DNA of 60,305 bases from a virus. Taxonomy: Duplodnaviria; Caudoviricetes. How positions within the stretch are numbered: position 1 is the stretch's first letter; each line of letters opens with the position of its first letter. Shown piece after piece: positions 9,493 through 21,500 of this stretch. Below the pieces are notes generated by a model, which worked only from the letters and a program-made list of their open reading frames with translations, made no database searches and was not told the origin of the DNA. The stretch covers positions 1-60,305 of IMG/VR virus record IMGVR_UViG_3300022902_000970. The stretch is one strand, 5' to 3'. The position numbers and the translations under genes are program-made.

Positions 9493-9684
9493 ATGAAACT
9501 TTCAAATCAAGGAATGGGTACTCTTATGATGTGCCTTCAGAAATCCCTCATGGAACAAAGTGATATCATGCCTATGCTGCAAGAACTTAATTTCGAATTA
9601 GAAGGAGAAGAAATTGTTTGCGTCAACCCACCTAAGATAGAATTAAATACAACAGAATTTTATCAAGAAGATGAGGATGCCTAA
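9493..9684 (+). CDS. Small hypothetical protein
   Basis: AAGGAG SD at 9481 before ATG 9493; fills the gap between neighbours exactly. Confidence 0.7.
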   Translation: MKLSNQGMGTLMMCLQKSLMEQSDIMPMLQELNFELEGEEIVCVNPPKIELNTTEFYQEDEDA

Positions 9685-9961
9685 ATATTTTTATAAATGT
9701 GTAGACGAAACCTGCTCTCGCGTTTTTGAAATTGTTCATTCGATGTCTGAAAAATTAATATCTTGTTCGCAATGTACAAAAGATTGTGAACGAGATATTG
9801 CTATAGAAAGGATGCCTCCAATCTCTATTCAAATTATCAAAGAGAGAGAAACAATTAACCAAGGTAAGAAGCCAGGGGAATTGGTAAAAAAAAACATAGA
9901 AGAGTTTAGAAAAGCTCTGAAGGAAGAACAAAAAAAATTAAGCGATGTGGAATATAAATGA
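9677..9961 (+). CDS. FmdB-family zinc-ribbon protein
   Basis: MPKYFYKC...C...FEIVHSMSE...CSQC matches the 'MPxYxYxC..C...FE' FmdB pattern. Confidence 0.75.
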   Translation: MPKYFYKCVDETCSRVFEIVHSMSEKLISCSQCTKDCERDIAIERMPPISIQIIKERETINQGKKPGELVKKNIEEFRKALKEEQKKLSDVEYK

Positions 9962-10380
9962 ATAAAATAATTTTAGCTATTTCTGTTATTGTTAATTTAC
10001 TTCTCATAGCATTTGTTGTGGGCTTGCTTCCTTTCTTGTTGTCTTCGTCGATAGTTGTAGTAGGGCTTCTTGTGTGGTATATTAAAAAACTAACAAGCCA
10101 GATTAATGATATAACGGCAAATTTTGATGATTTATACTCACAAATTGAAAGCTATGAACAACATGTTGAAAGTATACACAGTTTAGAAATGTTTTACGGA
10201 GATCAAACCCTCCAAGGGTTAATAAAACATTCACGTTCCTTGTTGAACGAAATTTATGATTTCCAAGAAAAATTTATTACACAAGAGGAAGAAGAATTTG
10301 AGCGAGAAACCGAAGACACGCAAACGCCGGAAGAAGAAAAATCTATACTTTACCGAAGTTCACCAGAAAGCGATAGTTGA
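9958..10380 (+). CDS. Hypothetical membrane protein with coiled coil
   Basis: About 40 hydrophobic N-terminal residues (two TM helices), then a helical region with 'LEMFYGDQTLQGLIKH'. Confidence 0.7.
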   Translation: MNKIILAISVIVNLLLIAFVVGLLPFLLSSSIVVVGLLVWYIKKLTSQINDITANFDDLYSQIESYEQHVESIHSLEMFYGDQTLQGLIKHSRSLLNEIYDFQEKFITQEEEEFERETEDTQTPEEEKSILYRSSPESDS

Positions 10381-10999
10381 GTACGCCTTAACAGATTGCA
10401 GAAAAGTAAGAACTGACCTTTATGTTCAATACATTGGTCCTGTTTTCGATGAGATGGTAGACAAGATTACTTATACCTATAAGTTTACTACACTACCTAA
10501 CATTGATGTGCTTAAGGATGAATGTAAGATATGGCTTACTACCATTTTAGACAAGTTCGACCCTGAAAAAGGCTCCAAAGCCTTTTCTTACTTTAGTGTT
10601 ATAACAAAAAATTGGTTCATCCATAAGGTAAAAAAGAACTCTAAAAACCTTAAGAAAGAGATAAACTATGAAGATGCTGTAGGAGAAATAGAACAACAAT
10701 TCTTATCAGAAGAGAATGCTTATTTAGAAAAACGAGAAAAATACGAATTCTGGCAATCCTTGATGAAAGAATTCGATACGTGGGAAAAACAAAAATTAAA
10801 AGAAAACGAAAGAAAAGTTTTAAATGCTATTATTGATCTCTTCGATAATGTAGATGAACTAGAAATTTTTAATAAAAAAGCTATTTATATGCATATAAGA
10901 GAATTGACAAATCTTAATACTAAACAAGTGGTTAATAATTTGAATAGATTAAGAGAGAAATATAGAAATTTTAAAAAAGATTATAACAAGGATATATAA
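10298..10999 (+). CDS. Phage RNA polymerase sigma factor, T4 gp55 (late sigma)-like
   Basis: 'LDKFDPEKGSKAFSYFSVITKNWFI' is a sigma region-2 motif as in gp55-like proteins. C-terminal HTH-like 'IYMHIRELTNLNTKQVVNNLNRLR'. Likely TTG start at 10298 after GAGGA (ORF track starts at 10256). Confidence 0.75.
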   Translation: MSEKPKTRKRRKKKNLYFTEVHQKAIVEYALTDCRKVRTDLYVQYIGPVFDEMVDKITYTYKFTTLPNIDVLKDECKIWLTTILDKFDPEKGSKAFSYFSVITKNWFIHKVKKNSKNLKKEINYEDAVGEIEQQFLSEENAYLEKREKYEFWQSLMKEFDTWEKQKLKENERKVLNAIIDLFDNVDELEIFNKKAIYMHIRELTNLNTKQVVNNLNRLREKYRNFKKDYNKDI

Positions 11000-11293
11000 A
11001 TGGCAGGCTCTGATTTAGAAAATTGTCTCGATGCGGCTTTAGAAAACGTTAAAAACGATAGAGCTTTGGCTTTAACGTTGCTGGCGGATCTAATGAAATA
11101 CATCCAAGTAGAAGAAGCTCGTCATAAAGAAGTAGGTCTCACAGCCGCCAAATACCTTGAAACGTTACAACGCTCTAATGAGCAATTAGTAAAATTATCC
11201 ACCTTGTTATACAAAAAGAATAATCAAGAAGTAGGTCTTACACCTGACATCAAAGAAGATTTATATTCTCTTATTCAAAACAGCGAGGACTAA
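11000..11293 (+). CDS. Hypothetical helical protein (possible small terminase-like)
   Basis: 97 aa, all helical, first gene after the sigma. The resemblance to the gp16 helical core is only impressionistic. Confidence 0.45.
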   Translation: MAGSDLENCLDAALENVKNDRALALTLLADLMKYIQVEEARHKEVGLTAAKYLETLQRSNEQLVKLSTLLYKKNNQEVGLTPDIKEDLYSLIQNSED

Positions 11294-11295
11294 AC

Positions 11296-14200
11296 ATGGG
11301 TACTAAATCTTTTCGCAGAGCACTAGAGGAACAAAGACAAAGCGAAGATGGCTTAAGATTTGTAAGCAGAGCTTTAGATTTGCTGGCAGAAAAAGATGAG
11401 ATTTTAGATCACGGACCTTATCTTGCGTTTGTTTTGCGGGTAGAAATCCAAGAAGGTACGCACCCCAAGACAGGAGATAATGATTGGCTATCTAGGTTGC
11501 AATCCCAAGAAGTAAGATATCAAGCCGCCGCCTCCTCTAATTCTAAAAAAGTAAAGATACCTAATCCGGTCGCTGGTATAAGAAAAATGATTGTAACAGC
11601 CCGCGTCGCCCGAGATATTTTTCCTAGAGCCCCTAATAACCCATCACCAGGCTCATTCCCGCAACCGGACATTCACGCTTGGATCCCTTTCCCGACTCAG
11701 TTTGGTAATATAGATGAAGTAGATTCAGTTTCTAATTATTATATTACTCAGCATACCCAATTCATTTCTGAGTCCGAAAGAGTATTTGAGTATGGTATTC
11801 CTGCGCCCGGCAGTTTAGTACTTGTAGATTGGATAAAGAAGGGGCAAGATGGACCCCAAATGCCCATTTATAAAAGACCTTTAAGGACTGGGCAATCTGG
11901 CACTAAATCGTTACAAGACGAATGCAAAAAACAAAACCAGCAAACCAACCCTCCCCCCGGCAGTAGTAAACGTCAAAATACTCATCCCGGTAATAATAAA
12001 ACAGGACATATCTCCCCACCACCCAACGCCGGGTTTCGCAACTACCCCATATATAGTCACTTAACACCCCGGCTTCGCGGAAAAGGAATTATTCAGGGCG
12101 GAACAACGAGCCGGGATTATTTTAACAGCGACCAAAACCTTTTGAATAATATAAATTATCTTTTAGCTTCCATGCAGGTAATGCAATATTACGTTCAAGA
12201 CCTGGCTTTATCAGGGTGGATTCAAAAGCAATTTAAAATTTGTTCCAATTGGCCTGGTGTACGAGCGAAGATATACTACACGCCAAACGGAGGAGCGACC
12301 TATAAGGCACACGCTTCAGGGTCTCAACACAAAACAGGTAAAGCGGTAGATTTTGGGATTAAAATCTTTCCCACAATAGATAAAAATAACGCTCAACATC
12401 AACAAATAATGACGGATTATGTTACCGCTAATCATAAGAGAAGTTTTATGAAGTGGCGCAAAAAACGAAGATCGCGAAGACGCATGTCTGACGCCGACGC
12501 AGCGGTCGCATTCGCGGGAAAAGGGGTAAAATTGAGTTATGATTTTGCTTATGCTATCATAGCTTCTTTAATTGTAAAAGGAAAAATTAAAGATGGAGGT
12601 TGGGGAACTTACAAAAATGGTTCCGCCAAATCCACACGACAAGGCGGGACATATTACGACAGTTATAAAAATTTGTCTGCCGTTCCAGTAGATTCCACTC
12701 ACTGGGATTACCATAATAATCGTCGCTGGATGTGGGTAGCAGTTGAAAGTTCGAGAGAAAAAAAATGGTTTCAAGAATATTGGAAAGCATGGCGGAAAAA
12801 GAATAATTTAACGCAACACCAAGCCTCAAAGATGAAATATTGGATAAAATTTCAGATGGATTCTAAATTTACCACTCCCCAGGTTGATAGCTGGTATGGA
12901 GCTTTAACCACAGGCGCAGCCGCCTCCTTCGGAACACCACTCCCCTCACCAGAAACGGTGTTGCAATATTGGACCGATAATAATTTAATTTTAAAAGTAC
13001 AAGAAACAGGATATAGTAAGGCAGCTCTTAAAATCACCATTCCTCCTAGTACGCCCACCCCTACAAATACGTCTCAAGCACCGACACCTGCTGAAGCCAC
13101 ACCTCCCACCGCCGTAGCGGCGGTTATCCCTCCTCCTAATCAAGGACCGGGCTCCACCGGCGCCCAACACCGGGCAATGGCGATGGGCAACATGGGCACT
13201 CCCAGCGGCGGTGGCGGCGGATCTACTCCTCCTAAACCACAACCCACTCCCGCAACCGCTCCACCGACAACAAAAACTACTCCTAAGAAAGCCGACCCCA
13301 CACAACCTAAAAATGATTGTGCTAAAACCCCCTCTGGGACAACACCTACCCCGCCATCTTCGAAAAAGAACACCAAGGGCAATAAAAATACAGCACCTCC
13401 CGGAAAATCGCAACCAGTTCCTAAAGCACCTCCAGGAACTATAGAATATCCTTCTCAAAAGCCTCAATGGAAGAAAAACAAATATAATACTGCCCTAAAA
13501 GCCACCATGTTCGTAATCCACGAGACAGGAAAATCCAAACCTGCTTACCATGTAGCTAAAGAAAATTATGAACGTTCCCAAAAACGAAATAAAGATGGTG
13601 CCGGCTGGATGCATTTTTACGGCGGTCGAGCAGGAGAAATCATCCAACAGCTTCCGACTAATTCTCCCGCCCTTCATGCCAACTGGGCTAGTACTAATGC
13701 TATCGGCTACGAAGTATCTAATCTTGGTGCTATCCCATCATCTTCTACGCTGCTTAAGAAAGCGATTATAGACCAACGAGGTCTTAAAATCTTGGGACCT
13801 GATGGCAACATTGGTGGTAAATTCGGCAACGGCAAAGTAAAATCTTTAGGCTTGTATCCTGGGAAAAATTACACGCTCCCAGGAGAAAAACAATGTTTAA
13901 AAGTCTGGGAGACGATCAAATGGCTGGTAGGTACATCAAAACCACAGAAAGAATTATCTTTAAGTATCGTTTTCCCTGCTGTTCTTAATGATACGACCAA
14001 GAAGATTGGAACAGGTCTACATAGCTCAAAACTGGGCGGGTCTTCAAAAGAAAAAGTTTTTGTTTGGGGAAGATTTAATCCATTAAAGCCGCCTTTGTTT
14101 AAAAATGGAAATTATATGTCTTCGTGGAAAAAAGGACAACCATCTACTTTTGAAAGTCGCTTGTCATGGAAAGTAGAAAAGCCTTTCCAACATGGTATTG

Positions 14201-14529
14201 TGGGACATCACAGGTGGCAAGACAACGACGGTTGCTTTATAGAGTTTTATTGTTTGGGCAGAGCGCTAGGAATGACTAGTCCAGACGCATATTTTGCTGC
14301 CATCGGTGCGTTAGCTCTAACCTCTGATAAGACACCAACAGGAGCAAAAAATGTAACTTTCCTCCCAGATTATAAAAAAGCTAACTATGTTAAAGTCGGT
14401 CGAGACATCTGGGGTAATAACGGCGACATCAACTGGAAACAATGGATGAGTAGCATTCCCAAAGCTCTTCTTAAAGATAGAGGTAAGAAGTATGAAACCG
14501 GTACAGGCATTTATGAAAAATTTATTTAA
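11296..14529 (+). CDS. Virion-associated peptidoglycan hydrolase: peptidase M15-like + Pro/Thr linker + N-acetylmuramoyl-L-alanine amidase
   Basis: SQHKTGKAVD and THWD (M15 Zn ligands H-x6-D...H). FVIHET, HFY..R.GEIIQ, LHA, IGYEV, IVGH (Amidase_2 pattern). Located at the start of the baseplate module. Confidence 0.75.
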   Translation: MGTKSFRRALEEQRQSEDGLRFVSRALDLLAEKDEILDHGPYLAFVLRVEIQEGTHPKTGDNDWLSRLQSQEVRYQAAASSNSKKVKIPNPVAGIRKMIVTARVARDIFPRAPNNPSPGSFPQPDIHAWIPFPTQFGNIDEVDSVSNYYITQHTQFISESERVFEYGIPAPGSLVLVDWIKKGQDGPQMPIYKRPLRTGQSGTKSLQDECKKQNQQTNPPPGSSKRQNTHPGNNKTGHISPPPNAGFRNYPIYSHLTPRLRGKGIIQGGTTSRDYFNSDQNLLNNINYLLASMQVMQYYVQDLALSGWIQKQFKICSNWPGVRAKIYYTPNGGATYKAHASGSQHKTGKAVDFGIKIFPTIDKNNAQHQQIMTDYVTANHKRSFMKWRKKRRSRRRMSDADAAVAFAGKGVKLSYDFAYAIIASLIVKGKIKDGGWGTYKNGSAKSTRQGGTYYDSYKNLSAVPVDSTHWDYHNNRRWMWVAVESSREKKWFQEYWKAWRKKNNLTQHQASKMKYWIKFQMDSKFTTPQVDSWYGALTTGAAASFGTPLPSPETVLQYWTDNNLILKVQETGYSKAALKITIPPSTPTPTNTSQAPTPAEATPPTAVAAVIPPPNQGPGSTGAQHRAMAMGNMGTPSGGGGGSTPPKPQPTPATAPPTTKTTPKKADPTQPKNDCAKTPSGTTPTPPSSKKNTKGNKNTAPPGKSQPVPKAPPGTIEYPSQKPQWKKNKYNTALKATMFVIHETGKSKPAYHVAKENYERSQKRNKDGAGWMHFYGGRAGEIIQQLPTNSPALHANWASTNAIGYEVSNLGAIPSSSTLLKKAIIDQRGLKILGPDGNIGGKFGNGKVKSLGLYPGKNYTLPGEKQCLKVWETIKWLVGTSKPQKELSLSIVFPAVLNDTTKKIGTGLHSSKLGGSSKEKVFVWGRFNPLKPPLFKNGNYMSSWKKGQPSTFESRLSWKVEKPFQHGIVGHHRWQDNDGCFIEFYCLGRALGMTSPDAYFAAIGALALTSDKTPTGAKNVTFLPDYKKANYVKVGRDIWGNNGDINWKQWMSSIPKALLKDRGKKYETGTGIYEKFI
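13030..13440 (+). repeat. Low-complexity Pro/Thr/Gly-rich coding linker
   Basis: PPSTPTPT...TPPKPQPTPATAPPTTKTTP...; locally C-rich DNA. Confidence 0.8.
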
Positions 14530-14546
14530 AGCCAAGGAGCTTCAAC

Positions 14547-15497
14547 ATGGTTCAATTTAAACAAAACAATCCTTATGAAGGCATGGCAGAGCCTGAAAAG
14601 ACAGATTATTCAAACCAGGAGTCACGTTCAATGCCTCACCAAACAGGCATTGCAGGTGCTGAGTTAAGAGAGGCAATCGCCAGATTCAATCAGCTTCCTT
14701 GTGAAAAGGTTATTAAAGGCAAGAATGATGCTTATATTGTCCTGGGGCGAGACCGAACAGGAACAGCTTTGCAAGGCAAAGGGATGCAAGGAGAAGCTAA
14801 AAGCTCTGCTATTGATATTGTAGTAGGAAGATGGAGTGGCGCAGTCCCTGAGACAGATGAGAACAATCAACATCTTTATTTAGACCCAGAGTTCCACCAA
14901 GACGCCGCTAGAATATATGTATCTCAAAATACTGATATTGATAAAAGCTTTGGTCTGGCAGACGGCAAAGTAGGGCACTATACCGATAGGTCTGCTATAG
15001 CATTAAAAGCTGATGGAATTAGGATAATCTCTAGGGAAGGAATAAAGCTAGTTACAAAGAACGTGCCGGATAGTGATGAAAAAAACTCTAAAGGGGGTCC
15101 AATAGACTTGCCTCAATTTGGAATCGATTTAATTGCTAATAACAATGATGATGATTTGCAACCACTAGTGAAAGGAAAAAATCTTGTTTTAGGATTAAAA
15201 TCTTTAACTCGGCACATTCACGATTTAAATAATATAGTAAAGAATTTCTTGCTATTCCAAATGAAATTCAATAAAGCAGTACAAGATCACGTTCATGTAA
15301 GTCCTTTCTGGGGCGACGATTGTGCCCCGTCAAACAATTTAAGCATGTTCGACGGACCTTTAAACATGAAAAATTTACAAGAAATTGTGGATGAAGATAC
15401 AAAAAAATTCAAACGCAATTTAATCGGTTTTGAAATGAAGTATTTAAAAGATAGCGGAAAGAAATATATTAATAGTGAATATAATAATACAAATTAA
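14547..15497 (+). CDS. Putative baseplate spike/hub protein (gp5/gpV-like)
   Basis: Beta-rich 'YIVLGRDR', 'IALKADGIRIISREGIKL', 'QPLVKG', and a C-terminal HVH (HxH metal tip of spikes). AAGGAG SD. Follows the lysin. Confidence 0.5.
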   Translation: MVQFKQNNPYEGMAEPEKTDYSNQESRSMPHQTGIAGAELREAIARFNQLPCEKVIKGKNDAYIVLGRDRTGTALQGKGMQGEAKSSAIDIVVGRWSGAVPETDENNQHLYLDPEFHQDAARIYVSQNTDIDKSFGLADGKVGHYTDRSAIALKADGIRIISREGIKLVTKNVPDSDEKNSKGGPIDLPQFGIDLIANNNDDDLQPLVKGKNLVLGLKSLTRHIHDLNNIVKNFLLFQMKFNKAVQDHVHVSPFWGDDCAPSNNLSMFDGPLNMKNLQEIVDEDTKKFKRNLIGFEMKYLKDSGKKYINSEYNNTN

Positions 15498-15540
15498 TTA
15501 CTCTATGATATATAATAAAATCATTAGGTTAGGATAAACA

Positions 15541-18500
15541 ATGGCGGAATTAGTAGATTTTATTGGGAAGCGAACAGATTATACCACAGGTGAAGCTGGT
15601 GACAATCACTATGTGTTTAATATTAGATTCCGCGACACCGCTGAACCTGTTGTGAATGCGTCTAACACTTTGAACTATTGGTTTGCCCAGGAGTCTGAGA
15701 ACCCTAAAGCTCCATTCCATTTAAAAAATTATACTCTAGTTTCTTGGGACGGCATTAGATACTTTTTGAACAACTCAGAAAATAGATGGATAGGTAAAAT
15801 TAAAGTCCTTGATAAAAACAAAGACTACGCAAGACAACCTGATGATCCCGACGCAGAGCGAGATTTTAGCGGCGGCTGGTCAAAAATTGAAGATATACCT
15901 GATTTCGATAAACAAAATAATGTCTATGCAGATACCGCGAGCGACCCTACTGTTATCCCAGATGCTAAAATTTTAAGAACAACAGGGAAACCAACTAGAG
16001 AAGGAGAATATTGGATAGATTTAAGCAAGATATTAACAGTGGGCTCAAGCGATTTTCAAGACCAGAATTCTTTTGTAGTAAAAGATGTTGTTTTAAGTAA
16101 CCCGACTGATATAGAAAATTTACCTAAAGACACTGCATGGCGCTCCTCACCAGACAATACGATGTATGACGACACATTATATTATTATGTTCATATAAAT
16201 TCTTATAAAAACAAAATACCCTCGGAAAAACTAGAAGAGCTGAAAAACATAAACCGTCAATGTATCATTAATGCAATAGCGGTATTGGCTGATAAGCAAC
16301 AACGAAATATTGCTCTTTCTAAAGCAGAGAAGATAGCCGACTATCTTATGAAAGAACAAAGATCCGAAGTTATCAAAGAAAACGTTTCGAACCGACCTAA
16401 CTCGTTCTATAAAGCTTTAGTGAGGATTCCTAAAGCCTATATCGATCCTTATGAAATCGTTCCAAAAGTGGTCTCTACGCATGTAGGAGTATTTAGATCG
16501 TGGAAGGTTCTAGAAGAGAGCTATAAGAAGGTAGTTGAATATTTTCGAAAACTAACGCCACTCGTTAAAGAAAATACTGTTCGATTAGATATGGAACAGG
16601 AAATAAAATTTTTAAAGAAGGTTTGGGTAAATCTTGAATCGATTAAAAACGATCCCGTGTACAGCGAGCTACGATTCTTCGGCGACAATGCAGCCGGTAA
16701 ATACCATAAGATAAACGAAAGCACAATCATAAAATTTGGTTTTAATAGACGCAATAACTTTTCCCTCGAACAGATAGAGGCGGTTAATCTTATGGACGGG
16801 TCAGGCAATGCAAGTATTTCTGAACGTATCTTCCGAGGGATGATAGATCTTAACAAAACGGGCGTAAAAAACAATAGTACTTTTAAACGCGCCCGTACAA
16901 TGCTTTACTTGATGAATCTAGACCTAATGGCGCAAGATATAGACAACAAAGCCTTCGGAGGCAAAAACAAATGGATTGACTTTTTATTCAAATATACCTA
17001 TAAAATGCCTGACTTCCAGCCATCTAATACAACTTTTGATCAAATAAACTTCCAAAATAACGAAGTTGCATCGTTTTTAAACAAAATCGATCGTAAGTTA
17101 GATGGACCTAAAACATTGTTTTCTAACAATAAAATAATGAGAGAGATTAGCCCTGATATTAGAGGACTTGCCTCCGACGCTAAGAAATCGCTTTATTCTA
17201 AAATAGAAGACCCTACTTTACAAAAAATCTTTCAAACTATTGATGGTATCAATTCTTTAGAATCTTTATATACAGATGTTCTAAACAAAGTTCCCCTCGA
17301 TAAACTTTTAGAGATGGGAAGACAAGTTGCTGACCCCATCGCCAAACAGCAAATGTTTATTAAAAAGTCCTCGCAATTAAAATCTCAAGCAAGATTAGCA
17401 GAAGGAAGGCTTGAAGATATGCGTGGAAAAAAGTCTCTGCGTAAAGTAGAGATTAAATCCCCAACAGAGAAAGCCATCACTGACTTGACGGGACAACAGC
17501 CTGATATGATTATGAAAGCAATCGAAGAGATTTTTGTAGAAACTTTTTGTAATCAATTAAAACATATTATAAATACCATTAGAAGATTGATGTTTTCTCC
17601 CGATACAATACAACATACGAAAGACTTTGGAGAACTTAAAATACAAAATACCGTAAAAGATAACCAAGATGAAATAATAAAAAATATTTTAAATTCTTTA
17701 CCAGAGGGGAAAAATTTAGATATATTAGATGTCAGAAAAATTCTTCTCATAGTGTCAGAAAACTGCACCGCAGCGGAAATTGTCGCCCTTGCCGAAGGTG
17801 AAGCGCAATTGGCTATTTTAGAAATTTTAGGGTACTTGATAGGTTATGAATTTCCAATTTTAGCCGCCCGCTTGGATAGTGTTTATGATGTAGAAGAGTT
17901 TTTAGCATTGATTCTTAAACCTTTGAAATCACAATTAATCGAAGCCGCAGCAAAACTTCAATTTGATAAAAAAGAAGAAGAGACAAAAGCAACTTATTGC
18001 GCACCGGACTACCAAGAAATTACTAATCATTTATTGGACCGCTTCCCTACTGATTTAGCCGAAGCAGCCTTAAACGGCGAAAAAGAAAGCAAAGGTAATT
18101 TTTTAAGTTTATTAAATGAAATGGATACAGCGCTTAACCAAGATATAAATAAATTTATATTTGGTGATAAATTGGATGCAATTTTAAATCGAATTATGAC
18201 TGAAGATCAAAGCTCTTCTTATTTGACAAACATGGTTATAGAAAGCTTTTTTTCCCCTTTTATAAGAAATTTTTCTATTGAAGGGTTGAACATCTCCACT
18301 TTCTTTTTAGAACCGCAGTTGGTAGATAAAGATGTTTCGGATAATTTTTCTCGAACAGTAGCTCCACCTGAAATAACCTCTCGTATCAGCGAAATGATAG
18401 CAAAGCGGGATGCTTTGACTTTAGAAAGAGATTCCCTCGATAGAGGTGATCACAAAGCAAAACGAAAGAAACTAAAAGAACAAATAAATGATATAGACTC

Positions 18501-21500
18501 TTTTTTAGAATCAACAACAAAATCAAAAAAAGTTGTTTTGGGATTAAAAAATAGAATTGAGTTTTTAAAACAGGCTTTTGCCGAAGGCGTAGGAACTTGG
18601 GAAAGAACCTCTACCAATCCTGTCACTTATATTCTTATCGTTCCTCAGACAGAAGAAGATACAGCGGGCACATCTAGTTTTGTAGAATTAAAAATTTACC
18701 CTATGGAAGAAGTTTATCAAATAGACCCTGATAAACCTTTGGCATATGATTCCTCTTGGAAAACAAGTGGCAATCTACAAGCCAAAGATTCGGTGAAAAT
18801 TGAATTAAAAGCAGTCATTGCGGATGAGGTTGTTATCAACAACAGTAGCGTTATAAGTACGAAAGACTTGTCTATATACGACTTCATCTCTAATGATGAT
18901 GCAGGATATACGATTCAAGCGTCAGCGTTTTCTAATATTATAAAAGAACAAATAAAAGACTACTTTCCAGATTATATAGTAACAGATGGTTTGGGAGAAG
19001 AAGATACACTAGACATTGGCAATGCACAAAGACTTCAACAAGTAATAAATGATTTTAAAAGTTATTTGTTCGATCTTTTAAACCAACAACTACTAAAACT
19101 TGTCTCTAAAGAAGCATCTCGTTCATCTTTTTTTAAAGAAAGTGTATTGTCGCAGTTGAGAATCGCATCCTTACCAGGCGACATCAATGCGTCGCCACCG
19201 CCTATCTGCGGCGACGCTTATTCTGAAGAAGTAGTACCTCCCGGTGATAGAACATTATTTCCCGATCTTTTTGATTTAGAAGATATAGTAGAGAACATTA
19301 AATTACGCAAAACATATTTTGATATTTTGACTACTTCGGGACTTTCTCCTTTAATTTCAACACGATCACCATTAGACAATGCAATAATTTTTGAATCTAT
19401 AGACTTGTTATTACAAATAACATGTTTAGAATTTTTGATGAGCGGAATATTCATTTATGGAGAAATAAGTTTAGATACACTTCTAAAAGATAAGAATAAC
19501 TTTAAAATCTTACAAGATGCTTTGGACTTTTCACTTGAGAATCTAGGAGATGATTTTGAAGTAGTGTTCTACGATATATTAGAAGAATACGCCCACATCC
19601 GTCAAGATGGACCGCTTGAAGCCAGTGTAATGCGTCCAATGCCTGTTTTTTTCTCCTCGGAATCTTCTCAAATTGATGATGTAGTTAAATTCTTTTTGAC
19701 AGAAGCACTTGAAGATATTTTTCCTATTTTTCAACGGATTATACAAACATTTTCTTCAACAGATAAATTGTCACCCAACGAATTGTTGGATCTTGTTCCG
19801 ATAATGGACGTAGCTCCTCAGACAATCACTGATAATGTAAGGTTTGATTTTAGTAATGAAAAAACAAAAGATGTATATGATTATGGAGGTATTGTAGTAG
19901 AAAAATACATTAAAGCTATATATACACCTCCAGTCGGCTTAGAAAACAAAAGCTGGTATCATCCAGCTCACTCTGCCCTGTATAAGATGCTGATAATAGA
20001 CCCTCAGACCCCTTCTTCTTACTTCCAAGACGAATCGGGTCAGTGGATAAGGAAACAAGGCTCTGCTGAAGAAGTAGCCAGAAATACAACCATTGAGAAA
20101 TGGTTAAGCGACACAAATGAAAAAGTAAATCTTAATCAAGAACAGCGAGCCGACAGCCTGGGCAATATTGGTGTATCCCGGGAAAGTGAAAAAAAAGCCG
20201 AGCGGTTGAAGAATTGGCTAGAGGTATACCACAGCGAAGGACTATCGGGTATTGAAAATCTTGATATTCCTGGTTATGAAGATTTCGTGGTTGAATTAAA
20301 CTCTTTTGATTATTCATCGTTAAAAAACAATGAAGTCTTTCCAGTCGGCACAAAAACCGGAGTTGTAAATTTAAAATCATTCAAACATCTTCAACAACAA
20401 ATTATTGATTATAATGAGCCTTTCCTAGCAGCCATGCAAGATAAATTAACACTCTTAAACGAATCTTCAACATTTAAAAATAATTTTCTAGCTATCGAAG
20501 AAACAAGAAACGGGTACATTATGGAGCTAGATGCACTTGGTATTGAGTTAGATAAGTATTTGCTTGATTATTTGAATACTTTTAGAGATGGAGGTGCCAA
20601 TAAAGGTAAAGATTATATTGTTCAAGATAGCACTTTTCGATTCGACGCTGAACCTTCAATGGATGCCACCCCTCACATTTTTTCTGATCAAATTATATTC
20701 GAATGGGTATCAGGAAAGTCCCCGTATTACCATGAGTTAACAAAAATTCTTGGCGGAGGTCCAGTTCAAAAAAATGCCGAAGAATGGTGGGGATTAGAAT
20801 ATCCAGGGTACGAGCTTGCACAAAAGTATTGGATGGCTGTACTCGCAATAACAGGGATCCACCACAATTCTTATCTAGAAAACTTGTTTGATGAGGACGC
20901 CGCCAAAACCGCCTTTGAAAGCAACATGCAAGACTATTTAGCGGGTGACAAGTGGATGGCAGAAAATTCTCCGTATCTCTTTGGCTATACCGCAAAACTA
21001 AAACAATTCTTTTTTCTAAACCCGCTTTTCGGTAAATTAATATCCACTCTCGTAGGAGGCTCGTTTTACAGTGACATCTCGGGGTTTAGTTCGGCAACGC
21101 AGGCAGCAGCCAACGGCGACGAAAGTTGGGTCCCATACCATCTTGACTCCAGCCTGCTGACAACTCCGATACCAACGCCAGGCAGCCGAGGTACTGAAAA
21201 CGAGGTCGCCTTGCTAAATGAAGGACACAAAGCCATCATGCGCGGCGTGGGGCTGCAATCCTATTACGATGGTTTAGTTAAATATTATGAAAATAGAGTG
21301 GATCCGTACTGGCGTCAATGGAAGGAACAAATTCAGGGCTTGTTGAACCCACCTGAAAAGGCTTTAGAAAAATTTAACCACTGGGACACTCAACGAAAAA
21401 TAACTGAAAAAAGAATAGAATGGTTTGAAAAAAATATGGAAGCCATGAAAGCTACATATGAAAACTTTTTGTTAAAGCAAGAAGAAGTTTTAAAAAGCAC

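Noticed and set aside
11125-11245. Short repeat AAGAAGTAGGTCT (EVGLT twice) in the 97-aa ORF
   Set aside because: Two 13-bp copies within a coding sequence; too little to support a function.
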